From Psilocybe cubensis (lineage: Eukaryota): DNA of 64,000 bases. The position numbers and the translations under genes were made by a program. The stretch spans positions 744,001 through 808,000 of the forward strand of contig CM039004.1 in the NCBI GenBank assembly GCA_017499595.2. Direction: 5' to 3'. Position 1 is the first letter of the stretch, and each line of letters begins with the position of its first letter. The notes beneath the pieces are model-generated. The model had not been told where the DNA came from, made no database searches, and saw nothing but the letters and a program-made list of their open reading frames with translations. Of the stretch, positions 36,373 to 49,100 are shown in pieces.

Positions 36373-37021
36373 GGGGGTCCTTGCTCACTTTGGACTCTTC
36401 CACAGACTCACGGAGTATTCCCTCGCATTTCGAGTTGGTTGCACCGTCCAAATCTGCGAGTGTCAGTGTCTTGCACAGCGTGTCCACACGCGCACAGATT
36501 TTGGTGGTGCTCCCCACCCAAACCCTGATATCATTGACATCAGGTTACTAGCTATATACAATCATTACTTACTCACTCTCCTTCGCATATCTACACGTAA
36601 CGCGAGATTCTCTCGCTCCTCATCTCTGTTCACCTGCTAAAGACACATAGTTTATGTTCAACGTGAAGTATAACGAAGTGTTACGATCGCAGAACGGCTA
36701 CTATGTGCTGAGTCAGCGGGTGAGATCAACACCGCTTTCCCTCTCACCACATAGACGAAGCACCACATACAGACGCATCCACCCTCAGAGCGTCAAAGAA
36801 AATTTTCTTTCCCCACCCGCCATCCCTTTGCACACCTTTTTGGAGTCACTCGACGTGTCTTGGGTATCACTCCTTCCACAGTCTGGGGGTCCTTGCTCAC
36901 TTTGGACTCTTTCACAGACTCACGGAGTATTCTCTCGCATTTCGAGTTGGTTGCACCGTCCAAATCTGCGAGTGTCAGTGTCTTGCACAGCGTGTCCACA
37001 CGCGCACAGATTTTGGTGGTG
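36373..37021 (+). repeat. Two direct repeats of about 137 bp (36373-36509 and 36885-37021), probably the B1-A2-B2 split direct repeat end of an Ngaro element
   Basis: Near-identical GGGGGTCCTTGCTCAC...GATTTTGGTGGTG copies downstream of the recombinase. Split direct repeats are the known Ngaro/PAT architecture. Confidence 0.8.
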
Positions 37022-37201
37022 TGGAGAGCAGCCAAGGCGGCGTACTAACTTTGTCCATGTTTGCCAACATGGTCACGTGTACGTAATTTAGGTCGCGTCG
37101 GTTGACTCTTTTCGCTTCTTTGTTCCTTCCCGCCACTCACCCGCGACGACGACACATATCCTCCACTTCATCATCTCAAGGGTACCTGCGAAACCTGAAA
37201 A

Positions 37202-38488
37202 ATGCCTCTCCAATGCTCGATCTGCCTCTTTGTGTTCAGAGAGCCTGTGTCTCTTCCGTGCGGTAAGTTGAAATTGTGGCATTCAACCACCCCATGGCCC
37301 GTGTTTTGACCTTTTTCTGATCCGCAGGCCACATCTACTGCAAAATCTGCCTTACGGCTCACGTTAATGTGCCTACGAATAAAGGGATGACCTCGACGTG
37401 CCCAGAGTGTCGCAAGCCCTTCCATCTCAGTGAGCCGTGCCCCCCACACACCCACTCTATCCTCACTTATCGCGTTTCTTGATCCCATCGATAGCTGTTC
37501 CGGATGTACGTACTCTTACCCAATTTCTTCTCACCCTAGACTGATCCCCCTTTGGTTATCAGGTAACATACCTGCCCGAGAAATACCGCCCGTTCATCGC
37601 ACATGCCATCCGCCGCGTCTACATCGACACCGCGCCAACAGAAGCCGAAGCCGACGTTGCATTACTCACTGAAAAAGTCGCCGAGCTCTCAAGGCAGGTA
37701 GTCAAGCTCCAAGGCAAGCTCACGCGCAAGGCCGAGATCGAGGCAATGCTCGTGCGGGAGTGCGAAAGCCTCTCGGAGGACGTCACAGAGCACCGTGATG
37801 CGCTTAAAGCGGAGCACGAGCGCGCAACGGAGTACGTGGGGAAGCTACAGCAGCTCAAGGAGGAGCTGAAGTATCAGAAGGAGAGGAGCAAGAAGAAGCA
37901 TTTGGATATGACGTCTGGTCTCGCGGTGTTGCAAGAACAGAAGCAGAACTATCGAGATGCGCTCAATGAGTCTTTGAAAGAGTACGTGACTTGCTTTCTT
38001 TCTATGCTTTGCTGACGCGTTGATTTTGTAGAAACGCCCAGCTGACGAAAAAGTTGACGCGCTCTGAGGAAGAAAAAGCGCGCATGGAAGTTGAACTGCG
38101 CGAGCTCCGCGAAGCAGTCACAGCCGCCGGACTCACAGACCGTGCCAAATCTTCATCCAGCGCACCAAAAACTGCCTCCCACTCGCCCAAAGCAGGCCCC
38201 AGCCGCAACCGCGTCCGCGCCTCTGCCTCTGCATCTGTCCCCTCTTCTGACAACGAGTCCATTTCCGACACCGACGACATTGCACATCTGATCGCGGCGT
38301 TCACGCCTATCCGTGCACGCACCTCTGCTTCCGCCTCGGGCTCTGGCTCCAGCTCCGGGTCAGGGTCGGGTTCTGGCTTGAGACTCATCAAGCCTCTGCC
38401 CAAGAGACTGCGCGTCACGCGTGCCAGAGAGGACGACTCAGCGGTGTTGAGTGCCAGTGCTAAGCGGGCGCGGGTGTTGAGGGGGTAA
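37202..38488 (+). CDS. RING-HC finger / coiled-coil protein (paralog 1)
   Basis: Spliced MPLQCSICLFVFREPVSLPC|GHIYCKICL..TCPECRKPF, an 11-nt microexon at 37495-37505, a coiled coil and a Ser-rich tail. Confidence 0.85.
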
Positions 38489-40148
38489 GGGGTGCATGCC
38501 ATTTTATGTCGCTGTCTTGTTTCTGGGTTGTTCTTCGACTTTGGCTTTGGCCCGGGTTTGGACTTCGCCTTACCAGACGCTTTTCTTCGTCTGTCCTCTT
38601 GTCACTCCATTTTGTCCTTGCGTACCAGGGACATGGAATTCTTGATTCATCGCTCATCGTTTATAAATCCTCATTTTATATCTGTTTGTATCTTCTACCC
38701 ACTCTTTCCTTCTCTTCCCACTCGTCTCGCCTCACTCTCCTTCCCACTTGTTGTGCAGTTATCGTTATCGTTATTGTATCGACTCATGTTCCTATTCTCC
38801 TATCCTCTTTCCAAACTCTCATTCCTAGTTTAACTTTCCTCGTTCCTCGTTCTTTCACTCCTAGTGTCTCAATCATCCTACACCCATCCCAACATCCCTA
38901 TAAACTATAACTCAAAATTCTAAATCCCTCCTTTTCTTCGTCATTGTCTACGTCTATCTCATTCTCTATCTCTCGGCTTTTTATTTCTCTTTCTATCTCT
39001 CAAACCCGAAAAAAAATTCAAAAATTCCAAATTCAAACATCCAAAATTCAAAATTCAACCTTTAACCTTACATTTAAACACTAAAATACATGTTCTTTTA
39101 TAACAATGGACATTATGTAGTATACAATGTATGTATCCTATGTATCATTGTACTCGAACTCGAATTCATACATATCTCTCCATCTTCAGAGTCGGAATCG
39201 GAATCAGAATAAGTGTATCGCAGAATCGCTTTCGTTACTTTCATTATCTTGTTCTTTCCCTGCCATGCACCCGACTTTGTTAAATTGAAACGTTTAAGAA
39301 AATAAAATCCGAATTTTTTTGCGTGCGTGTCTGAAATTATAAGATCATAACTACGACACGAATGCGAATGTGATTTCAGCTCGTTTGAACACACATAACA
39401 TTAGTATCACTAAGTATTACCTATTTTGCGTATAAGCCCCTCATCTTGTCTTTTGCATTTTCATCTTTATCTCTGTCACCGTCTCTTTTTCTATTGTGAT
39501 GTAAATTCGCGTTAGCGCATCCAATGGTTGCTGTTCATTTTGGCTGATCAAAACGGATGAGTCTATGGGTAAAAAATGGGTCTGATGGGATTGTGGGAAC
39601 GGTCATGAATCAAATACTTATAGAGTGTTCGAGTTGGAGGGGATTTTAATTTCTCGCTCTCTGATGAGAATGTTTAAACGTTCATGAGTCAACGAATTCA
39701 TGAGTGTTTGAGTCGCCGAAGTATTACAATTTACATGTAAGGTTTCAGCTGTACTTTCCATCCACCAAAATATTTTTTAAAAAATAGCATATGTATGTAT
39801 CGTCGGCATCACTGTAATTCAACGCCATCAAAACCACCACACAAATAAGTTAATAACGCATCCCCACGAATGCCATATTAGGCAGAAGTGCCATCTGTGG
39901 CAATTTTGCGTGGGACGGTCTGCGATCACGTGTGCGCGGTGCATTCTGTGCCCTTTTGCGTGCCGTGAAATTTGGCGGGTCGTTGATTCTTTCCTTCTCT
40001 TCAGCTTTTCTTCTTACGTTTACCTATACATATACCCTGTAGCTTGGTGCTGCGCACCTTGATATACCCGCTCTCTAACACTGTTTTTTTTTTGCTCTGT
40101 ATTATCGGACTTGTAGTATCATACCTGTACACTCTTTCCTATCGAGCC

Positions 40149-41588
40149 ATGTCCTGTGTACTCTGCATCCAGTCTTTTTCAACATCAGAAAAGAAGGCAA
40201 TTGCACTGCCCTGTGGTGTGTATTTTTATTTTCTTACCTAGATGATTGACGTGTCTAACCTTTGGTTCTGGTACGCCGTACAGGGCATGTGTTCTGTATT
40301 GACTGCACTTCTCGGTGGACGGAGCAGCAGGATGAGGATCGAGGCTACTATGAGTGCCCCAATCGGTGCTCAATAAAGTACACTCCTTTTGGTGCGCGTG
40401 ATTTCTCCTAGTATTCCTCAAATGGCTACTTACCAGTGCCATGAACCATGGCATTCCGCACTCAGATACCAAAAATGTATGTAATCTCCCCCCGTGCTCG
40501 TAAATTGTGGCTAGACCAACGCCAGTACATATTACTGATCACATATATTCCCACAGTATAGACAGCCAGAAGCCGACGAAGTTCTGGTCGGACATTATGT
40601 ACCTCTTTTTGTCGACTTCTCATCCGAAGCCGACGAGAATCAGGCCTTGCTCTCAAAAATCGCGCGGCTGGAGGCCGCCCTTGCAGAGAGCGAAAGTTTA
40701 AACGAGCAGCTGCGTATGGACAACAATCTACTTGAGGGGTCGGTCAAACGTGGTGCTGCGGTCGTTGAAACCATGGTCTCGGGGATGAAGGCTCTCGAGG
40801 CGCAGCTTGAGGAAGTTAAGCAGGAAAAAGGGCAGCTCGAGTCGCAGTAAGCTTGCTTTCTTTTCTTTCTCTTCTCCCATGATTTAGTCAGTGGAATTTG
40901 CTCCACTGCCGTTTGTCTGGACACTGTACCTTACTGGTTGAATGTGTGACTGTGCCGAAGGCTGTGAAAGGGCCCGTTACGATGCCTTTTAAACGCTCCA
41001 TGCCACCGGCGACGCATCTTAGACTTGTACTCATACCAGCCATCTGAATCCAGGTTACAAGAAGTGGCTACGCTCGCAATGGCATTCATCAAACATCAAG
41101 ACCAGTCTAACTCCTCATCGACATCACACACTATGGTACAAGAACGGCAAATAGTCGAGACTGCCTCTACGGATGTCTCACCCACCACATCCGTAGAACA
41201 TTTGGAAGATGAGATCTCCGCTGCAGTCACCGAGGCGCTCGAGCCCAAGGTCCCATCGGCCAAATTGCGTAGGGACGCAGCAGCAGCTATTTATGATGGC
41301 CTTCGACACCGTCAGGCTGCAGTCGAAGGCGGCAAGGAGAATATCGCCCCTGTGGCATCAACCTCACGCTTGCCGCCTGGATCGTGCAGACCTTCTTCAA
41401 CTTCACTGGCAGGGACGGCGGTCGCGTCTATTCAGGATCAAGTAGGAGTTAGGACTGGGGGGAGACCTATGAGGCCACTACCTCGCAGAGCTGGGTCTTC
41501 AGTGGTGGCCCAAGGTAGCGCCTCTGCAGAACGTGCCGCCGACGGCACTGAAGATTACGACCGGGTGAGAATCGCTATACAAGAGTGA
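40149..41588 (+). CDS. RING finger / coiled-coil protein (paralog 2)
   Basis: MSCVLCIQSF..ALPC|GHVFCIDC..YECPNRC, then a coiled-coil exon (KIARLEAALAESE) and a last exon ending at TGA 41588. Confidence 0.8.
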
Positions 41589-42852
41589 TAGAGCCATGCA
41601 TGGCAGAAGGAGGTTGGAACAGACGACGTGTCGCTTTAAGAGATTCACGAGTTCATGACCCATGCGACGTCGTCCTTCACGGATTTCTAAGTGTTTTTGG
41701 GTTTTGATTTATTTCATCATGACTTTCACGTTCTTTTAGCATTATTAACTCATTTATTTCTTTTATGCTTTCCTAATTATGGTCCTGTGCTTTACCATGT
41801 AAATCATAATCTAAATGTTGTACATGTACCGCTATTTTGTTATCTAATTAATCATTGATTTCAATCACATTCTCAATTGCATTCTTAGATATCAGAAATA
41901 AATTAGACAGTGTACAATCCCACAATTAGCAATAGCAATGCATATTATTGTATAATGTCTATCTTATGAGAGTTGCTGACAAATATAATCATGGATTAAA
42001 ACTGGTTTACGAGCTAAAACCCCAATCCAGCATGTAGGCGAAGATCAGAAAGAATCTCTTTGTGTGCCAATTGACAATACCAATGCTCGCTCCAGGTCAC
42101 CCGCTGGCAATTTGGTCTCTCGTAGATAGACCTTGATACCATGTGATAGTAAAAGTACACGATGAATATGAAGCTAGTGTTCTACCGTGTCCCTGGTTGC
42201 CGATGTAGAACTTGAGTGAGTGACTGGAATAGTTCAATGTACCAATCTCCGTGGCAGCGGTAAATTCCGCAATTTTCGCACAGTCACGAGTGATCTAACT
42301 TTGCGTCTTTTCGACACGTCCGAGTCAATTTTGTTTGTTTGCCTGATGCACGGTATGTCGAGAGCATTTTTAGCGATTTGTAGCCCACAATATCAAAAGA
42401 GCACTTTGAAAGTACAGGTTCTGCTGATCCCCGACCAAGGTGTGTTTCCAATGATGCTTTGATTCGTTGAAAGGATTCTTTGTTGATAATATATATTAAT
42501 ATAATCAATGTTGGTCACTTTTTGCTCTTTCTTCGCCTTGTTGAATTTTATTATAATGGTATTTGTATATTCCCCTTTTATAGTTGAACAAAATGGCTCT
42601 CAAAGAGTATCATTGTCCAAAAGACCTTATTTGATTCTTTGCGGCCTCGCCACTGATCATGTAAATCAACAATTTCCAAGCAATCCTGGTCAAAGGGCAG
42701 CTTGAATAGTGAAAGAACCGGTTGGTTTACTCGTCTTTATCACTTCAACACGATCTATGTTGTCTTAACACCCGTCGGAAGTACTTAAAATTCCTTAATC
42801 CATCACCTCCACTCTCATACCACACCCACTTCATTTTATCCTTCTCCCTACA

Positions 42853-44447
42853 ATGCCTCCTATACCTCCAAACAAGAAGCCCCCCATCCTCAACAGCAAA
42901 TTGTTCAGTCTAACGCCTCTTCAGCACACCTCGATGGGTCCTGCACCCGACACCTTTCTCTCCCTATATCACCCAGCTGTACACACTGCAAACGGGCGCA
43001 TGCACCATTCAGGTGGCACTCGGCAACCGACCCCGAGTTGCAGTGGAATTCGATGGAAACAAGCTATTCTACAGGAATTTGCTGCTCTGTCCTGTGTAAT
43101 TTGTCTCCAATCTTTTGTAGCATCTGAGAAGCAGCCAGTAGCACTGCCCTGCAGTACGTAATCTTATTCTGTTACTTAGAATATCAACGTATCTGATTTC
43201 TGGTTCTACTTCGCCAACAGGGCATGTGTTCTGTATTGGCTGCATTTCTCGGTGGACGGAGCAGCAGGATGAGGATCGAGGGTACTATGAGTGCCCCAAT
43301 CGATGCTCAATAAAGTACACTCCTTTTGGTGCGCGTGATTTCTCCTAGTATTCCTCAAATGGCTACTTACCAGTGCCATGAACCATGGCATTCCGCACTC
43401 AGATGCCAAAAATGTATGTAATCTCCCCCCGTGCTCGTAAATTGTGGCTAGACCAACGCCAGTACATATTACTGATCACATACTCTCCCACAGTATAGAC
43501 AGCCGGAAGCCGACGAAGTTCTGGTCGGACATTATGTACCTCTCTTTGTCAACTTCTCATCCGAAGCCGACAAGAATCAGGCCTTTCTCTCAAAAATTGC
43601 GCGGTTGGAGGCCGCCCTTGAAGAGAGCAAGAGTTTAAACAAGCAGCTGCGTGTGGACAACAGCGTACTTGAGGGGTCTGTCAGGCGTGGTGCAGCGGTC
43701 GTTGAAACCATGGTCTCGGGGATGAAGGCTCTCGAGGCGCAGCTTGAGGAATTAAAGCAGGAAAAAGGGCAACTCGAGTCGCAGTAAGTTCGCTTTCTTT
43801 TCTTTCTCTTCTCCCATCTTTTAGTCAGTGGAATTTTCGCCACTGCCGTTTGTCTGGACGCTGTACCTTACTGGTTGAATGTGTGCCTGTGCCGACGGCT
43901 GTGAAAGGGCCCGTTACGATTCCTTTTAAACGCTCCATGCCACCGGCAACGCATCATAGACTTGTACTCATACCAGCCATCTTAATCCAGGTTACAAGAA
44001 GTGGCTACGCTCGCAATGGCATTCATCGAACAACACAACCAGTCTAACTCCTCCTCCTTACACACTACGGTACAAGAACGGCAAATCGTCGACACTGCCT
44101 CTACGGATGTCTCACCCACCACACCCGTAGAACCTTTGGAAGATGAGATCTCCGTTGCAGTTGCCGAGGCGCTCGAGCCCACGGTCCCATCGGCCAAATT
44201 GCGCAGGGACGCGGCAGCAGCTATTTATGACGGCCTTCGACACCGTCAGGCTGCAGTCGAAGGCGGCAAGGAGAATGTCGCCCCTGTGGCATCCACCTCA
44301 CGCTTGCCGCCTGCCTCGTGCAGACCTCCTTTAACTTCCGGGACGTACCTTTGCTGCAACTTCGACCACACTACCACTAGGGGCATCAGAAGAGGGGACA
44401 TCCACTGCAACTTCCAATGTGCTCGAGCACTCAATCCCATCGGATAA
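42853..44447 (+). CDS. RING finger / coiled-coil protein (paralog 3, recent duplicate of paralog 2 with new ends; possibly a pseudogene)
   Basis: 43089-44338 closely matches 40150-41405, introns included. The ancestral ATG reads CTG here, with an upstream in-frame ATG at 42853. Confidence 0.65.
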
Positions 44448-44992
44448 TTTGCGAGATGACGCGGATATTCTGTTTTTTTATTCTCTCTTTTCGTGACTTC
44501 CTTTTTTCCTTGTAATCTTACATCTGAATCTCCCTTACATCTACATGTATGGCTCCGAATTTGGAAGTCGTAGTCGTACAAGTACTACTATTTCGCTATC
44601 TGATTACTGTTGCATCGTAATGATATAAAAATCTGATTGCTGCTCACAATGTCATCCTATCAGTCACATTCTTTACACGCATAAGGGCATACATAAATAT
44701 TGACGACACCTCTGAGTATGTGTGTGTGCGCCTGAGTCACACGCAATTACCAGTTACAATGCTTGTAGACTTAAACCCTAAAATGCTTATAACAGACATT
44801 TTCTGATTTAGGGGTTATATGGGCATGCACTTGACCTTTTGGGGGATGGGTCACGCTTCCAAGTCGCGCCAGCGATTCGTGTCGTAAGTTCATTTCGCGC
44901 GAATTCCGCAATTGGTCCTTTGACCTTTTCACCACTTCCACGAAATATCACCTCTCAGAGTCGCAAGCTGTTTTCGATATATACATTGAAGA

Positions 44993-46125
44993 ATGGCGTT
45001 AGAGTGCCCAATTTGCTTAGCCAAGTTCAAGGAGCCAGTTTGTCTCCCATGCGGTGAGCAAGTCCATTGTATACCCGGCGAGGTGAACTCTGACTTTGGA
45101 AGAAATATAGGCCACATATTCTGTCAACCTTGTCTTGTAGCGCACACCACTAGATCAACATGCCCTAACATGACATCTACTTGCCCCCAATGCCGATACG
45201 CATTCCACATAAGTATGTTCAGCATCAATATTATGTCCACGTTGCACCTTTCTCATCAAATCCTGCCATTGCCCATAGCCGTACCGGATGTATGATCTGA
45301 CATGGCTTTACTTGGACGTTCCTGAAATTCTTTTTTTCCAGCTGGCGTACCTGCCTGAACAATACCGCCCATTTATCTCCCACGCAATGCGACGCATCTA
45401 CCTTGATGTCTCCACTCATGTGGATAAAAATAAAGCTCTATTAAATCAGATTGCGCAACTTCAGTCAAAACTTACAGAGAAATCAAAGTGCGAACAAACT
45501 CTCCGCCAAGAATGCCACCGATTACAGCTCGAGGCGATCAACGCACGTGCGGCAGAGCGCAAACAGCTTGCAGAACTGTACATGGCACAAGACGCAGTGT
45601 CTTATGAAAAATTTATTCGCGCAAAAGACAAGAAACAGATGGAGTCCAAGGCTGCATTACTGCAGAAACTCAATACAGAATTGCACAATAAATGTTCCAA
45701 TATGCAATCTATGTGAGCAATTTCAATCCCTCGTCTTCTGATGTGTGTTTTATGATCATCCCAGGTCGCAACTTGCATCGTCGAGAATTCAGTCTTTGGA
45801 ATCCACCATGCGCCAGGCGGAGCAAACCATACGGGGCCTTAGGGAAGAAGTTTCTAAACTCAACGCACAGAAAAGGCATACGGACACCTCTTCTACTCCC
45901 AATCCGCCGCACCCTCAATCTGACACCCGATCAGTATACAATTTGCGGTCTCGCTTAAACAAGAATGGCTCATTGTCGGTATCTGGCCCCTCACCTGCGC
46001 CCATGGAATCGTCGACGGTCAGTAGGACTGTCAGCGAACCACTTCTGAAGAAGCAGGGTACCAAACGCAGTCTCGCCGAAGATAAGACTATGAAGAGTAT
46101 GAAGCGTATAAAGGTGCATGTTTAA
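44993..46125 (+). CDS. RING-HC finger / coiled-coil protein (paralog 4)
   Basis: MALECPICLAKFKEPVCLPC|GHIFCQPCL..TCPQCRYAF, an 11-nt microexon at 45279-45289, and YLPEQYRPFI..MRRIYLD shared with paralog 1. Confidence 0.85.
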
Positions 46126-46180
46126 CAACCGGACCCGAGGATCTTGTCGATCTACCAGCTCCTACTACACTAGTATACTA

Positions 46181-49100
46181 TGTTGGAATGATAGTCGGCG
46201 AGCGACTTGGTCGCTAAGTCGTTATCTTCCTCTTGTAGTTTATCTTATCATATTTTTTCTAGATTATTCTACTATAGGTTCCGTAGTTACTGTAGGTACA
46301 ACCGTGTAGCTACGTCGTGAATCTACATCTTTTACCACCACTGCGCATTATACTTACAACAGGTTATGGGCCCCGAGAGGTCATAACTAAAGCTCGCTTT
46401 GTTCTAAACTCGTTCTATTCTTATCGATCTATATCTAAACTTGTACTCGACGTCAAATGGCTGACTCGACAACCGCGGAAGTCAACATCGGCGGATATCG
46501 CATCGACACACTGAAGGCCCACAATTGGATGCCGTGGAAGCGGCGCATGCTAGCAGTACTGGTGGACCTCGGACTGGAGAAATACGTGGACGGCACGTCG
46601 CTTCGACCAGGATCAGCGAAACCGAACGCACCCACGGCGGAAGAAATCGCAGCTCAGACAGCGTGGGATAAGGGAGATGCGAAAGCGCGATGCAGGATCG
46701 AACTCGCGTTAAGCGATGCGGAGATGGTACACGTCCTGGGAGCGCGCACGGCGCGCGAGATGTGGACGCAGTTGTGCACAGTGAAGGAATCCAAGGGACG
46801 ACTCGGTGTTTTGGCGACACGACGAGCACTTTTCCGGGCAACCGCAGAGGAGGGATGCGACATGGCAGAGCATATCGCAAAGCTACGTCAATTCCAGGAG
46901 GAGCTGCACATCATGGGCAGCATTGTATCGGACGAAGATTTCGTCATGATTTTGCTCACCTCGTTGCCGGAATCTTGGGAGAATTATGCGTCATCCTTTT
47001 TGGGCTCGAGCGGGAATCGTCCTACGCTCACTTCGCAAGAGCTCGTTGGTGTTCTCCTTGAAGAAGCTCGTCGTCGGAAGGAGCGTGGAGGTGATGGTGC
47101 CGGAGGGACTACGCTTCAAGTTCGTGGAGGTCAAGGGTCGTCGGATGGAAAGGGTAATGGTTCGAGGGATGGCAGCGGCGGGAAGGAGTGCTATAATTGC
47201 CACAAGATGGGGCACATTTCGAAGGATTGCTGGGCGAAGGGCGGAGGTCGTGAAGGAAAGGGTCCGAGGGGGCGGAAGACGAAGAATAGAGGGCGGACGA
47301 ATCAGGCTCGGGAGGACGTCAACACTACGCTCAACGATGAGGTTGCGTACCACACGTACTCGACGTCAAACTTCTCTCGTTACGACTGGCTTTACGATTC
47401 TGCAACCACCAGTCACGTTTGTCCCGTCCGTGAAGCCTTCATCGAGTATACGCCACTCGTTAATTCCTCCGTTCGTGGTGTCGGAAAGAGTCCAGCTATC
47501 ATTGCAGGCCGCGGAACAGTCATCCTCAACTTCGATGTCGACGGGCAGACGATTACTCATCGTTTGAAAGACGTTTTACACATCCCTGAAGCCGAAAATG
47601 CTTTGATGTCGCTCGGAAGGTTTGAGAGGGATGGGAGGAGCTCGTCGTTTAAGAATGGGAAGGTTCTTTTGATGGATGCGAAGGATAAGGTTATTGGAAA
47701 AGGGTCGAAACGCGGTCAGATGTATATTCTTCACGCTCGCGCTCAGCTTAATTCAGGGGAACAGGTCAACTACGTCTCGCCAAAACTCACCTGGGATCAA
47801 TGGCATCGTCGTTTTGGCCATATCTCAGTGTCGTCGTTGCAGAAACTCGTCCGGAACGATCTTGTCGTCGGTCTTTCCGTGGACGAAACGTCTATTCCAT
47901 CCCCATCGTGCGAGGCGTGCATCCAAGCGAAGCAGACGCATAAACCTTTCCCTGGAGAAGCAGAAAATCGATCCACGGTTCCTGGAGAGCGAACCATGAG
48001 CGACGTATGGGGTCCTATCGGAACACGCTCGGTAAATGGATTTTATTACTACATTACGTTTATGGACGACGCGAAGCGATACAACGGCGTGGTTTTCTTG
48101 AAGGACAAGAAGGAGGCGGCGAAGGCGATTGAGAATCATGGGGAGCGAGTGAAGAGGAGGTTTGGGCAGTATCCGAGGTACATTCGCATGGACAATGGCA
48201 AGGAACTCGTGAACGAGCGGATTAAGAAGTGGGCGGCGGAGAGAGGCATTGAAATCGAGACGACGGCGCCATATTCCCCATCTCAGAACGGCGTCGCAGA
48301 GCGCTACAATCGTACGCTGTTGGAGCTAGCACGTGCGATGATTATTGCGAAGAATTTACCTCTCTTTCTCTGGGACGAGGCGGTCAATTACGCGAATTAT
48401 TTACGCAACCGCGCGCCTACTCGAGCACTCGACGACAAGACACCATATGAAGGCTGGCACAACAAGAAACCGGATGTTTCTCACCTTCGGGAGTTCGGAT
48501 GCGATGTATGGGTGTTAGACGAGACGAAGGGGCTTTCGAAGCTCAAGCCACGGTCGAAGAAGATGGTATTCGTTGGTTTTAACGAAGGCTCGAAGTCTGT
48601 GCGTTATTACGATCCCAAATCGCGCACAGTGAAGTCATCGCGAAACGTATCGTTTAACGAAAACGAAACGCCGCAGAACGTCGAAATTCCTGGATTATCG
48701 TCTGAGGGGGAGCGTAACGAATCGACAGACGTTAAATCCAGCGAAAACGAGCCAGAAACCGTCAAGAACGAACCTATTTCGTCTACAGCATCGATTCCAC
48801 AGCCCAGCATACGTCGATCAGCTCGTGAACACAATTTTGTTGATTACAAGAAGGCAAACAACCCGAATGCTCGTTTACCGACTACACGATCCCAAACGAC
48901 TCTAAACGCACCACAAATCGCTACAAAATCGACCGAGACCTCGAGCGCAAAGTCTACAGCAACGGAGCAAGCAAACATTGTCAAAGAACAGCTGTGGGGC
49001 GCGATTTTAGACGATTCGGAACGTGTCTTTGCCATGCGCGAATTGGACGTACCTCGGACACTTGAAGAAGCTTTGGAAAGCTGTGAGGCAGCTGCGTGGA

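Noticed and set aside
44774-44817. CCCTAA/TTAGGG telomere-like motifs
   Set aside because: Single copies only, with no array.
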